A stretch of 64,000 bases of DNA from Lama guanicoe (GCA_013239625.1 MU053881.1:12414879-12478878); one strand, 5' to 3'; positions 50,990 to 64,000 are shown, counted from the first letter of the stretch. Notes: generated by a model from the sequence alone, not told the origin. Program-made: numbers and translations.

Positions 50990-51450
50990 CTTCATTACAA
51001 GTGGTTCTGTTGGGAATGCCAGTGAGATGTTAATTCACTTCTTTGGGGACTTGCCAATCATATTATCCTATCGACTGATGACAATGATTGGACAAGGCTG
51101 GGCATATGAATAAGTCAGCCAATCAGAGACCTTCCCTGGGATTTTAAATACTAGTAAGGAGGGTTGGGGAAAAGAAGCTTCCACTTTTCTCTGAGCTGGG
51201 ATGACTTAGTCCTTCCTGAAGTCGTAGCCTACTCAGTCAATATCTTTTGAAACCTCTGTGTGATAGGTAAGAATGAGACAACCCATAAACACAGAGAGAG
51301 AGAGAATGAAATTATCATTTGAATTCTTAGAGACGGTCAGTTTCATGTGTGAACTTTTAAGTTTCTTGAGTCAATAAAGTTGTCCCACTGCTTAAGTTGC
51401 TTTCCATTGACATTCTGTCAGTTGCAACAGCAATGGTCTTTTTTAATGAT
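50990..51450 (+). mobile_element. ERVL (LTR16-like) LTR remnant
   Basis: tgattgg...gggcatatga...cagccaatcagagaccttccctgggatttt and gagtcaataaa...ttctgtcagttgcaac. Confidence 0.55.
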
Positions 51451-52583
51451 AGTCCATAAAAAAGGCAATAATACTTATATTAAAAATTTAAGGTCTCTGT
51501 ATTCACTAGCAAGGAAAACTGTCGGCAGGTAGCAGTATTTGAAAGGTATTGGGAATAATATGTTTTTAATACTTTATTTTTTTTAGAATCGAAGCTAATA
51601 TTTTTAGTGGCGTTCTCTTCTTTACCATTATCACCTGGGATTTTACTTCTCAGTTCATCTTTGTACATCCCATAATTTGAGGGAACCTTCAGACTGTATG
51701 TAGGGCTCTCAAAAGCCCTCTGAAGGAGAGAATGTCTTTAAACTTATGCTGTACACTGTCTGAAATGCTTCTTGTTTTTTCGCTTATCTTTTAAGACCAG
51801 CTGAAATGCTACTTTCCTTTTGACCTATCTCTGATTTGCTTAGTTAGAAGTGGATCTCTGTGTCACATAGCGCCCTATATCTTAAGGATACCAGTCCCAT
51901 TCTGCTTTCTGTTGTGTGTTCCGATGTTGCATAATAAGTTACTCAAAATTAATGGCTGAAAACACCCACTATTTTATTATAAATCATTGTTTTGTTGGCC
52001 AAGGATCTGAACTGGACTTAGCTGCGGGATTGTACTCCATCCGTTGTGGACTGAGGTCACTTGAAAGTATTAAGCTGGTCTGATCTAGAAGGTACAAGAC
52101 GGCTTTGCCCATTGGTTTGGCACCTTGCAGGGGTTGCTCTTGCTTTGTCTCTTCTATGTCCTTTTTGATTCTGTTTTTCCTTTCCATTTGAATTCATGCT
52201 TGAAAAAAATCCCTTTCCTATTATTTTAGAAGGGTTTCTGGAGGGAGCATGTGTTCAATCTAGTGTTTTTACCTGGAAATCTCCACAACCTAGTTTACAA
52301 AGAATTTCCACATTTAGTTTCTATTTTGTTTTTATAAAGCTTTATGATTGTTATTCCTCTGTATTTTAAGAGGGGAAACTAAAACAGACAAGAGAAGTGT
52401 TTTGGTATTCAAGCCTTTTTGATTGCAAGGAAAAGAAACTCATTCAAGTCAGTAAAGGTAAATATCATATTTCTGTTTCCTTTAAATATTCTTATTAGCC
52501 CCCCAGCTTACACCTGTGGTCTTTGGAGGGTGCTCTGGGTACACCATTTAGATTCTCCTGATTCCTGGAGCCCAGGTGTTTAT

Positions 52584-52769
52584 TAGAGGTCCCAGATAAA
52601 ATTCAGGATGCCTAATTAAATTTGAATCTCAGATATATAACAAATACTTTTTGAGTAAAGACATTTCAAGTATGTCATGGAATACTCTTACTAAAAATCT
52701 CATTATTTATCCGAAATTCCACTTCAAATAGGCATCCAGTATTTTTATTTGCTAACTCTGGCAACCCTA
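52584..52769. mobile_element. MER53-like hAT MITE (imperfect palindrome)
   Basis: tagaggtcccagataaaattcaggatgcc...ggcatccagtatttttatttgctaactctggcaacccta. Confidence 0.8.
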
Positions 52770-55384
52770 GTCTACTTGGGTCAACACAGGGTCCATTCTT
52801 ATGAGGACTGGTTGGATTTTATAAGAAGAATAAGGAAAACATCCTGGGTGCTTGGCTTTCAACTATTTGTAAACCAGTCATCATTCTTTAGCAAAAATCT
52901 TAAAGAAAGGGAAATGTTGTCTGTTTTCTTAACTTTTTATCTTTACCTTTCTCGCACACCACGTGCAAAGTGGCTTGGGTAATTGTCAAGCTGTTTTCCA
53001 GCCACACTGTTATTGCCGTACCTCGTAGTAAATACTAGCTGTCATTTATTTGGCTGTGTGCCAGGCATATTGCTAAATGCTTTCAGTGTATTATTTCATT
53101 AAATTCTCACACTAATAGTTGGTAATATTATATCTCATATTTGCTGGTGGGGAGAGGGCTGAGGCTCATGAAGCTTAAATGTCTTGCCTACTAGTTAATA
53201 AGTGATAATGGAGGCAGTGGTGCCCCAGCTTTTTCCTGAGAGCAGAGTCTTGTTGAATAAGAAGGGAGGAAAGTCTGTGAGGTTAGTCCTTGGCATTTTT
53301 AGTGTGAATGTTGTTGGTAAGTTTTCTTTTTCCGGGGATTTTGGAGCTTTATTTTGTTTTGGCCATGAAAAGAATCCAGGCCTCTGAGTTCCTCATCTCT
53401 TGTGCCTTCATGGCGTTGTGCCAGCTCTTCTTCTCTCTTTAGTTGCTCATCTTTACAGGCTGGTTGGACAAATCTGAATTCCAAAAGAGAGCTAGCAAAC
53501 CCGGAGGGCACTGACTTGGGCTTCATCCTTTCGCAGAACGACGCTGAGCCTTTCTGTTCTGCAGGGCTGCGCCTGGAAGAGTTATTATGTTCATTGTTCA
53601 GAGCAATTGATTAACTCTTGAGAAAGCTGGCCGGTAACTGAAGTTTACAGTTTACACAGTGACTCGGCCACAGTCCAGAATTAGGTGATAGGTCTTTATT
53701 ACCTTTACTTTCTTTCCTAGAAAAAGAATTGACTAAGTTCTAGAAGTGGAATGATTGCAGCATTTGGAGGTTCCTGTAAAAACTTCAGATGTCATCACTC
53801 AGGATTTTTAAAGACCCGCAGTATGATGTCCCTCTCGTTTAAGTCCATCATTCTGAGAAGAAGGTGCAGTTTTCTTTTTTTCTTAGCTCAATCACCAAGG
53901 TCCTTCTCTGAGTTGTGTGTGTGTGTGTGTATCTGCGTTTATATCCTCCCTCCAAAGACACGAATGGGCCTACTGTGTGATAATATTTTGCTAGCTACAT
54001 CTCTTTCCCCAGATGTTAACAGACATTTATTCTACAGTGTGAAATTGTAATTGAAAACGGGGGGATAGAAGAGGCCAGGAAATCTTTAAACAAAGGGAAA
54101 GGGACGTGAAACTACTTCCAAATGAATGGGAGAACTGGGCCTCTTCGTAATAGGTATACTTTGTCTCTTTGTGCTGAATAACCACAGGTGATCTGAATAC
54201 GACTCTGCCTTGGGAGACACACTGCAGAAAAGACTAAGCGTAGCTCAGGCTCTGGCACGCGCCAGCTGTGTGATTTTGAACAATTCTCGTAACACCAGTG
54301 GATTTCAGTTTTCTCATTTTCAAAAGGTGTGGGTTGGTTTGCCGCTCCTCAAACTTCAGTTATCTGTATATCCTTTTTCATGATTTTTCTTGTTGTTCTT
54401 CATGCCTCATCCCATCTCTACCATTACTGAGCTACCATTTAAAAAAGGTTCTTTTTTTCCCTTTTAACTGAGGTAAACAGGTGAGGGATGAAAGTCAGGG
54501 GTGAAGGATAGTGAAGACAATGGCCCAGAGAGAAGAAGCTACAGACTAGGAAAGGCCAGGGCAGAAAAGTGGGTTGGAGTCTGGAAAGAGTTTTCCAGAA
54601 CAGATGAGGGCAGACGGAGATGGGCTTCCTGGAAGTTCTTTAGGAAAAGCAGTTTGAGCCCAGGCACTGAAGGGAAGAAATCTAGAGAAGAGGGCATTTG
54701 AGAGTAAAGAGGGGTTTGCATTAAAAGGTGGCCAGCAGGGGCTTAGGAGGGAGGAACTTTGGAGCAGTAGTGCTGTCTCCTCCGTGTTTCAGCATGCTAT
54801 ACTTTCTCCCGCAGCCACTCGCCCCGAACCCCACCCCACTGAAACCCCATCCCTCAGCCCTATGCCTCCAAAAGGCTCACTCTCCACCCTGGCTCCTACA
54901 GCCCCTGAAGGCGGTGGCTGAGGGAAAGTGCAGCTTGGGAGTTGAGACCCTGCAGGGAAAATTCAAGGGGGATTCAGAGGTGGGAGCAGAAGGATGGACG
55001 AGGTTAGGAGGGGTAAGAGAAGCTGGAAAATTTGGAATAGGGAAGAGGAGAGGGTGAACGTCAGCCACACCAGACTGAACAAGTTGCCTCTTGAGATACC
55101 ATGCTAGTTAGTATCTGGTGAGTTACGTGTAAACGACCTAAAATAATAATTGTTCTGTATAATAGCATCTACCTCAGTATGTCACATGGTATGGTCTGTG
55201 TAAAGACAGTAAAAAAAATAAAATAAAAAATTACATTTCTAACCATTTGGGAAATATCCAGCTAGATGCAATTATATTGAATAATTGTCATGTACTAACA
55301 CCATACATACGCTATCTTGTTTAATCTCACAATACCTACTATGCGGGTGGGTATGAGTCTCTACATTTTTATAGACTTAAAAAA

Positions 55385-55508
55385 TTTTTTTTGGTAGTGG
55401 GGAGACAATTAGGTTTATTTATTTATTTTTAGCAAAGGTGCTGGGGATTGAACCCAGGACCTCTGCATGCTAAGCATGCACTCTACCACTGAGCTATAGC
55501 CTCCCCCC
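55385..55508 (-). mobile_element. Vic-1-type SINE
   Basis: aattaggtttatttatttat...ctggggattgaacccaggacctctgcatgctaagcatgcactctaccactgagctata. Confidence 0.88.
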
Positions 55509-57986
55509 GGATCTATGCATTTTAGAGATGAAGAAACTGAAGCTTAAAGACATTCAAGAACACACAGTTGGATTGGAACCAACATTTCGGGGCATCAAGG
55601 AATGCTTCTAGCTCTACCGTTCTATTTCACCTTTCCCCGCCCCCATACCAATTTCTGAAGGGGAAAAACATTTTCAATAAGAAAGGTCAACTTGTGGGCT
55701 CCATGCTTCATGCCATTTATTTAATAAACTTTCTAATCATAAGTTTGCAAATCAAGTGACTTGCCTATCTTTATTTTTGGCAGTTTCTTCATCACAGTTA
55801 TTTCAAATAACCTGATTCTCATTTCATTATGCTCTTACATTCCCCATAAGAGGGAAGGTTGGAAGGATTAAAGAATGACTGAAATAGAGGTTGACCTTGT
55901 GTGGTGGAATGTGCTCACGTCTTGTAGTTAAAAAGGCATGGATTTCAGTTTTGGTGCTACTACTTGCTGTGCCCGTGGTTAAGCTGTTTAAATTCTCCAC
56001 GTCTCAGTTTCATCCAATGTATAATAATAATGCTGATAACAATACCACTTCATATTGTTGTTGAAAAGGGAAGGAAAAGATGTCTGTGACAGCATTTTGT
56101 TAAGAGCAAGGCAGCTATATATAGAAAACTTTACATTGTGTTGGACAAGGAAGTAATGGTGAGATCTTTCTCCAAGGGCAAAACAGAATTTTGGTATTCA
56201 TTATATTTGCTTGGTCAGTGCCTACTATCACACTGCTGGTTTGAATTACAAATCTAGTTTGTCTATTTCTCCTTAACAAATGAATGCAAAAATTGCCAAA
56301 TATTTACTCACTTTGCACTGTGTGGATATAGCCCAAGTTAGGAGAGTCTCATATAATTAAAACTGTTTCATAGGAACTACTTGATCATTAAGAGATTTTG
56401 GAATTGGAGTCTTCTAATATCTCACCAATATTCAATGGAAACTGCTGCTACAGAAACTACTAATTAATTAGCAAATATTTATTGAATGTTTACTCTTGGT
56501 AGAACATTTTTATGAAACTGAGCATACAGTTGCCAGAGGCAACTGTCCATAGCCATTCAGTACAGCCAAGAGGCATCATTCACGTGGGCTGGGTAAAGGT
56601 ATGCATTGGCTGCGGTACTGCCTAAAAGTATGTAGTGTGGTGGCCTGTTTGAAGTGGAAATACCTATTTTCTGGTTTAGCTACTAAAGTATAAAAAAAAA
56701 TTTTAAATGATGCCCTACAGGGCTTTTGCAAACAATGATAATTTGTACTAGGAAGTTTAATTCAAGGAAAATTCAAATATTTCAACTCTAGAATTATTTT
56801 TTTAGCTTGATATGAATTAATGAGGGAATTCAAAAGCAATATCTTGTTTCAAATTCATCAGATCTCTAATGCAATTTCCTGAAGCAGTAGAGAAATTTAC
56901 CTCGGAAGGGCTTAGAAAAATGAAAAAGGTGATTGCATAAACTCTATCGAAATTCTAAATCAAACTGGAGTGTGATTACTTTCTTCCTAAGGTAGGGCAG
57001 GAAACCAAAGATTTTTCTAAAAACTCCAAAACTGAAGCATTAAATTCTGTTCTCTTTTAAGTCTGACATCTTTTAACATGTAAAATTATTGACAGAGTTG
57101 GTTCATTATTTGCAATTAAGAAAAAAACACTCATATTGAGTAATAAGCAGTTTTATTTTTAAGGTAATTAGCCATCACTCAAATATTTCAGATTTAAACC
57201 TAATCAGTATTGTGGTTGATTATACCTACCATGTTCGGATACAAATATTGAATTCTTTCACTGATTGTAAGTTATGTTTCTTCCCTTGTTGAAAAGCAGT
57301 AACTTGGAGTTTTAAAATTAACTTAAGAGGGACAACATTGGCTATGAAAAATCTCTCTTCCCTGCATTATAAAAAAATAGTTTACGAATCAAATCATCAG
57401 TAGCAATTTAGCAATTGAATTAAGTTAAAATTATCAAAAGAAAGATATAGAAACATTACTCATTTTTTTTCAGCTTAAACAACACAAATTCATTATTTTA
57501 ATTTCTCATAGATATGTGTATCCTCTGGCCACCAATGTTCACATCTGTCCCACATGCAAAATACATTCACCTGATCCCAGATTTTCCCAGTCTTAACTTG
57601 TAGCATCAGCTCTAAGTCCAAAATCTCATCAGCTCCAAAGTCTTAAATCTCATCATCAAATCAGGTTTGGGTCAAGCTCCGGGAATGACCTAATCTGAGG
57701 CACAGTTGCTTTCTATCTGTGGACCTGTGAAACTAAAGAACCAAATTATCACCTTTCAGAATACAATGGTAGATAACTGTTATATGTATTTCAATTTGAA
57801 AAGGTAGAAAACAAAAAAAGGGTCATTTGTCTCAAGTATTTCTAAGCCTAGCTGAGCAAATTCCATTAGGTTTCATGGTCTGGGAATAATCCTTTGTGGC
57901 CTGTGGCTCTGTCCCCTGGGTTTATGGCTTCTGCTTTCTGTCATCCTTCCTTTTTCATGAAGGGTAGTATATAAGAAACATTACTC

Positions 57987-58752
57987 CTTTTTTTTTTAAA
58001 TTGAAGTATAGTTGATTTACAATGTTGTGATAGTTTCTGGCGTACAACCTAGTGATTCAGTTACACACACACACACACAAACACACACACATGCATATAT
58101 ATGAATCTATTCTTTTTCATATTCTTTTCCATTATAAATTATTACAAGATATTAAATATAGTTCCCTGTGCTATACAGTAGGTCCTTGTTTATCTATTTT
58201 ATATATAGTAGTGTGTATCTGCTAATCCCAAACTCCTAATTTATCCCTTCCCACCCTTTCCCCTTTGGTAACCATAAGTTTGATTTCAATGTCTGTGAGT
58301 CTTAACGTTTTGTAAATAACTTTATTTGTGTTATATTTTAGATTCCACATATAAGTGATATCATATGACATTTTTCTTTCTCTTTCCATCCCACTTCACT
58401 TAGAATGACGATCTCCAGGTCCAACCATGTTGTTACAAATAGCATTATTTTATTCTTTTTTATGGCTGAGTAGCATTCCATGGTATAAATATACCACAGC
58501 TTCTTTATACAGTTACCTGTTGATGGACATTTGGGTTGTTTCTATGTCTTAGCTATTGTAAATAGTGCTGCTATGATCATTGGGGTGCAGGTGTCTTTTT
58601 GAATTTTATTTTTCTCCAGGTATATGCCCCAGAGTGGAATTGCTGGATCACATGGTAAGTCTGTTTTTAGTTTTTTAAGGAACCTCCATGCTGCCCTCCA
58701 TAGTGGCTGCACCAGTCTGCACTCGCACAAGCAGTGCAGGAGGGCTCCCTTT
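57987..58752 (-). mobile_element. 5'-truncated, relatively young L1 3' end
   Basis: T tail followed by ttgaagtatagttgatttacaatgttg. ORF 58542..58730 ([30 protein letters not shown]) is the L1 ORF2 C-terminus. Confidence 0.92.
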
Positions 58753-59102
58753 TAGGGGATGCATGAGTTTTTGCAACGTGCGTTAGCCTGACTCCAGTCT
58801 TCATTGTAGCTTTCATATTTTAATTTTCCATTAGCACATTCACTGCTTTTTAATAACACTGTCATTTTAAAATTTAGAGATATACGTATTCCTGGCTTTA
58901 AGAATCAAAAAAATTCTCTAGAATTACTTTAAAGATAACAGTTATCTTTTAACTCTATTTCCTGATTCCCTCTTTCCCCAGTCCTCCAGAGGCAAGTACT
59001 TTGAACTCTTCTAGCTATTTCTTTTGGTATTTATCTTCAAAATTCTAAATGAGAGACTTTTGCGTTCTATATATATACATATATATAATATGTATATATA
59101 TA

Positions 59103-59788
59103 TTTTTTAATCACAAATTGCCAACAGCACTTTCTTCTTTCTTTTCAACATCTTGTTCTGCAGCTTCCTTGGCCCTTTTTGTCCGGATGCCAAAGAGCCA
59201 GGCATTAGCACGGGTCTAGAGGAGACCCGCAAAGGCCTTGAAGTTCTTCTCTGAGGTGACTCTGGCTTTCTCCTTCTTGCAGACATTCCGTATGGGCATG
59301 ATGGGTTGCGTTGGCTGGGTGGCCGCTTTGAGGTCTTCAGCAGAGCTGTCTCCCTTCCTGGGGTCTGCGGGCTTCCCAGGGAAGAGGATGAGCTTGGAGC
59401 AGTACTCCTTTAGCCACTGCACATTGGCCCGCAGGGACTCCATGCACTTATTCCGCCGCCTTGGATCCACCAGATCCCAATGGTCTGGGCTACCTTTTTT
59501 GTGGATGGTGACCACTCTCAGGTCCTCTAGGCTGAAGCCCTGGCCGTCGTGCACCTTGGTGTGGTACCTCACTGTGGGACATCTCACCATGGGCCGGAGC
59601 GGGCTGGGTGCCGGGCGCCTGGGGATGCGGCGCCCTTGGGTCTGCAGATCTCGTGCACTGGTGGTTGAACTGCGTGGCCACATGTCACTGCTAGACCTTG
59701 TGGAAACGGGGCCTCAGGATCATGTTGTTGGTCTGGGCACCTTGGCTGCAGCCAATGAACCTCCTCCGAGGGTGCAGAGCCAGGGAAA
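59103..59788 (-). pseudogene. RPL13: Processed pseudogene of 60S ribosomal protein L13 (eL13)
   Basis: Intronless. Peptides [75 protein letters not shown]. The start ATG has become AAG (59743-59741), and there are frameshifts and a premature TAG at 59218-59216. The 5'UTR and short 3'UTR are retained, and an AT-rich tail remnant follows. Confidence 0.95.
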
Positions 59789-59802
59789 CCTTGTTATATC
59801 TT

Positions 59803-60760
59803 TTAAAAATATATATTATTTTTAAAAAATTGAAGTATAGTTAGTTTACAATGTTGTGTCAATTTCTAGTGTACAGCATGTTTCAGTCACACATATACAT
59901 ACATATATTCTTTTTCATATTCTTTTTCCTTATAGGTTACTACAAGATATTGAATATAGTTCCCGGTGCTGTATAGAAGATACTTGTTTATCTATTTTAT
60001 ATATAGTAGTTAGTATCTGTACATCTCAAACTCCCAATTTGTCCCTTCTCACCCCTTTCCCCGCAGTAACCATAAGCTTGTTCTTTATGTCTATGAGTCT
60101 GTTTCTGTTTTGTAAATAAGTTCATTTGTGTCTTTTTAATAATTTTTTTTTGATTCCACCTGTGAATGATATCATATGGTATTTTTCTTTCTCTTTCTGG
60201 CTTACTTCACTTAGAATGAAGATCTCCAGGTCCATTTGTGTTGCTGCAAATGGCATACTTTTATTCTTTTTTATGGATTAATAGTATTCCATTGTATAAA
60301 TATACCACAACTTCTTTATCTAGTCCTCTGTCAATGGACATTTAGGTTGTTTCCATGTCTTTGCTATTGTAAATAGTGCTGCTATGAACATTGGGGTGCA
60401 TGTGTCTTTTCGAATTAGAGTTTGATCTGGATATATGCCCAGGAGTGGGATTGCTGGATCATATGTTAAGTCTATTTTTAGTTTTTTGAGGAATCTCCAG
60501 ACTGTTTTCCATAACAGCAGCACCAAACTGCATTCCCACCAGCAATATAGGAGGGTTCCATTTTATCCACATCCTCTCCAGCATTTATTGTTTGTGGACT
60601 TTTGAATGATGGCCATTCTGACTATTGTAAGTGACACCTTATTGTAGTTTTGATTTGTATTTCTCTGATAATTAGTGATATCAAGCATTTTTTTTATGTG
60701 CCTATTGGCCACTTGTATGTCTTCATTGGAAAATTGCTTGTTTAGGTCTTCTGCTCATTT
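59803..60760 (-). mobile_element. 5'-truncated, relatively young L1 3' end
   Basis: ORF 60320..60526 ([28 protein letters not shown]...FTIAKTWKQPKCP) is the L1 ORF2 C-terminus. TSD TTATATCTT at 59794-59802 and 60761-60769. Confidence 0.93.
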
Positions 60761-63700
60761 TTATATCTTGATTTTTCCAGTTTTAGGTACTTTTTGGTGA
60801 CTCTTCTGCTGTGGAAGAGAAAGATTTAGCTCCCTCTCACCTCTCCCCCAGTCTTCCTCCCCGTCACGTATGGAATCACTCTCCTGACCCCTCTCCCACC
60901 CGGTACAGTTATATGATAATTCTGGTTAGAAAATTCAGTGTTCAGCAGTATGATTGTTATCTTTAAATAGTATTCATGCCTTAGTCATGAGGTGTATAAT
61001 AATCATTCTTCTTTTCTTACAGAGACTTTTGAATGTTCTGCTGGAGTTAATAATCTTGTTTTGTTGTTTTATTTGGATTTTCATGTATGTATCCAACCCC
61101 AAACTCACTTACCTGAGAGTGCAGTTTGAACTTTTGCCTGTAGGATGAGTACAGGAGAACTGGTTGAAGGAGGGGTGGGAAGGGGGAAAGCACCTATAAA
61201 GAGGGAAGAATATGTGCAAAGGCCTGTGGCTAAAGGACATTGGTAGACGAGAAACCGTGAAGTGGTCAGGGTGAGTGAAATTTAGAGATTAAGGGAGAGA
61301 GAGATGAAATAAACTGCTGAAGAGGCAGGAAGGGCCAGGCCATGCATGGTGTATAGGCCCTATTTTAATGGTTTGGTCTTGATCTTAACTATAGTTTAAA
61401 GAAATTCACTTAAGCATTTGCAGCAGAGGAGTGAGATGGCCAGGTTTAAACCTTTCTCTCCATTCTGTGCAAACCTTATTTTTATAATGACGTTCTATTT
61501 TGATTAAGTTAGTCAGGAGCTCTTCTATTGTTTGCAATCCATGAAGCTTAACTGATTCAGGGACTCTCTTGATTTGCATTCTGCTGTCAACACTTGGCTG
61601 GACTGGATTTCATTACACTGGGTCCTGTTTTATTCTGTCGTGTGAATATTTCCTGGAGCTACAAATACACCGTTCATAGAGTCTTTTGTATTTGTAGCAT
61701 ATAGTTGTTTTTGGTTCCCTTTAATAGATGTTGTTGCATTCAAATCCATTCACAGCTGTCATTTTTCAGATACAGTTCTCAAATTAAATCTCTTTTTCAG
61801 TCAAGTCTTTGACTATGTCAAAAAGAACTTTAATTTGTTTCTGGCCTGTGATCTCTTTTAAGTCCTAAGAATTCCAGGCATGATGATTGTCACTGCATGA
61901 TTCAGCTGCAATTCATTTGTTGTCTTGTTTGCATTCATTCAAAAATTTTAATTTATTTGTAAAAGGAACAAAACTTCATGATGTATGAGTATCACATTGT
62001 TTTTTCTTTCCCCCTACCTGTACTGAAAATGCTGTATCTGCCCATGCTACCTCCTCTTCTTTCACTTGTGCTGATCAGACTCATCAGTGAACCAAGGATG
62101 GGGTTTCAAAAAGAGCTAAGAGATATTGCAAAATACAGACATGCAAAAAAAAAAATTCTAGTACAAAAGAGAGTTCAGGAGGGGAACAAGGAAACATCTG
62201 TGATGATAGAATATTGAGTAGTTAATTTTTTTTTCTTCTAGAAAACTGAAGAGTGAAAAATGGGAAGAACAATTTTGAATAGTTAACATGAAAGTTGGGG
62301 ATGGAGAGACATGTGAGAAGAATTTTAAGATGTGATGCAGTCGGCCTTCTAAAAAAAATGAATCTTCTTAAAATAATTCAAAGAGTCAGAATCAGAATGA
62401 CTTTTTTTTTTTTGAGTAATAGACTATTGTGAGCCTGGGTCATGCAGAACCCCACTTATATGTGAGTAATAGATTTGTGCTAAGATTGGGTAACAGCAGA
62501 TGGAGCTCCAAGTTATTTTTTGGTAAATCAGCATGCCGGTGGCAGAGTTCTTTGCTGGTATGAAGAAATAGGCTCTGGGCATCGTCTGGAAGGAGAGGGC
62601 AAAAGAAACAGCCACTTTTTCTGCATGAAAATGTCTTGGATATAGGATTTTTGAGAGGGTGTCTTAAGGAATAAAGGAACCAGGAAGATGGGGAGGAAAT
62701 CAAGAAACATGATGAAAGGGCTGGGATTTCAAGAAAAAATATGGCCACTGCAAAATTCCCAGTGGTGAAGATGGCTTTGAGAAATTTAAGAACAATGATG
62801 TGTAATATTAGCTTTAGAACTGTTTGCTCTGCTGTGCACGCTACAATGGGTCCTCCTTTGTTGTCTCCACCACTGCCGTGTGGGAAAGATACTTAGGGAG
62901 ATACTAAGTTAACATAGAACAGAGAGATGATGGCAATAAGAAGCTAGAATGAGTGAGAATAAGACTTCTGTGGATCTCGAAATAAGAATAAGTAGTAGTA
63001 ATGAGACTGTAAGTCCCTAAAATTCTGTAGAAACCTTAGCAAGAGCATAATGGGTTGGGGGCATGAGCATTAGAGGCATGATGCTGTGCAATGGAAGCGA
63101 CATGTGAACGAGAGAGCGCTGCAGCTCTTCTCCCATCATCATTTCGTGGTTATTTCTTTAGATGGTTTTCGCTTTTTTGACTGGTGTGAAAATCCTCCAC
63201 AGTCAAGTACTCAAGAAAGAATTTGCAAAGGTATCCTTTCTATTTGGAGGGAAGTGATAATTGAGTTCAAACAACAACAACAACTTTGTTGCACTTCTAA
63301 CAGTGAAGTTGGCAAATCATAAGACCTTGAATTTTATGGGGCTGGATGGGCTCCTGGGAAACCCAAGACTGAATACCTTGAACAGATTGTTAAGGGGTCG
63401 GCACTCTACATGGCCTCTAGATCAGTGCAGCTGCAGGCAATTTGCAGGAGACTGGCAACGTGGCGTGTGGACCCCGTGGCACTGAATGCTAATCTGAAAC
63501 TATCCCCTCCAACAGCTTTTGCCATTCATCATTTTCACATCCAGATGGCTCCCATTGTCTTTCTAGTCCTCTTTTTGTGCAAAGTGGCTGCTCTTAAATC
63601 ATGTATATTAGTCTTGGAAGCAATTTTATCTTTCATCTAGTAGTCCAATTACCACTCTTTGTAGAAGAGGAAATGGAAACCCAAAGAGGGGAAATATCAC

Positions 63701-63819
63701 AGTCAGAACTACCCAGTTACTTAGTATCACAGCTGAGACTAGAACATTTAGAACATTCTTGGATCTCAGCCCGGTGTTCATTTCAGTTCACCAGGATCTC
63801 ATAATTCTTGGGAAAACAT

Positions 63820-64000
63820 GTAGCACAGGATTGGGAGTCAGATGATCTCAAGTCCAAATCTCATCTCTGTTATTTAACAGCTCTGGGACCTGGGTCGGTT
63901 AACTCCGTTTCCTCATCTGTAAAACGAGGATGGTGATTGAACTGCCATCACAGGTTGTCATGACAACAAATTGATACTGAGATTTAAAGTGCTTAGTACA
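63820..64000 (+). mobile_element. MIR SINE, cut by the window end
   Basis: ttgggagtcaga...gtttcctcatctgtaaaacgaggat...cacaggttgt...taaagtgcttagtaca. Confidence 0.8.

Noticed and set aside
59216..59683. 155-aa minus-strand ORF as a functional RPL13 retrogene
   Set aside because: The native ATG is lost, segments are out of frame (e.g. KGSPDHWDL), there are deletions, and a premature stop precedes the C-terminus.
59238..59825. Longest ORF in the window (195 aa, + strand) as a novel gene
   Set aside because: It is the antisense shadow of the GC-rich RPL13 retrocopy, starts at a non-ATG codon, and has no promoter or splice support.
62490..62513. VTADGAPS peptide reminiscent of the hAT transposase TDGA motif
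   Set aside because: The surrounding translation shows no further transposase similarity that I can recognise. It would need a tBLASTn or Dfam hit.
18300..64000. Many 60-130 aa ORFs, and any CRISPR-like or prokaryote-style novel system
   Set aside because: The ORFs map to LTR, L1, L2 or random sequence, many with non-ATG starts and no consistent exon chain. No regularly spaced repeat-spacer array or operon-like cluster is visible.

Overview
Mammalian genomic DNA. It is most likely camelid, because it carries four tRNA-Ala-derived SINEs of the Vic-1 type and I saw no Alu, B1, Bov-tA, PRE-1 or SINEC elements. The first 17.5 kb hold two convergent genes. NUDCD2 (+ strand) contributes coding exons 2-4, with exon 1 upstream of the window. 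CCNG1/cyclin G1 (- strand) is complete, with 7 exons and an 888-nt CDS (295 aa), a CpG/CCAAT-rich promoter, an intron-1 p53 response element and miR-122/23/27 seed sites in the 3'UTR. The remaining ~46 kb is gene-poor and dominated by repeats: L1, L2, MIR, MaLR and ERV1 solo LTRs, and hAT/Tigger MITEs. It also contains one processed RPL13 pseudogene. I found no evidence for an undescribed multi-gene system. The most unusual signals are small L1-machinery insertions: a tailless 5'-half tRNA-Met retropseudogene and a poly(A)-only insertion in CCNG1 introns, and a polyadenylated MIR/L2 fragment retro-copied into a younger L1. There is also a perfect 127-bp tandem duplication and an orphan CpG cluster at ~44.6-44.8 kb. 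Repeat family names come from recalled consensus sequences, not from a database search, and most repeat boundaries without a TSD are approximate.
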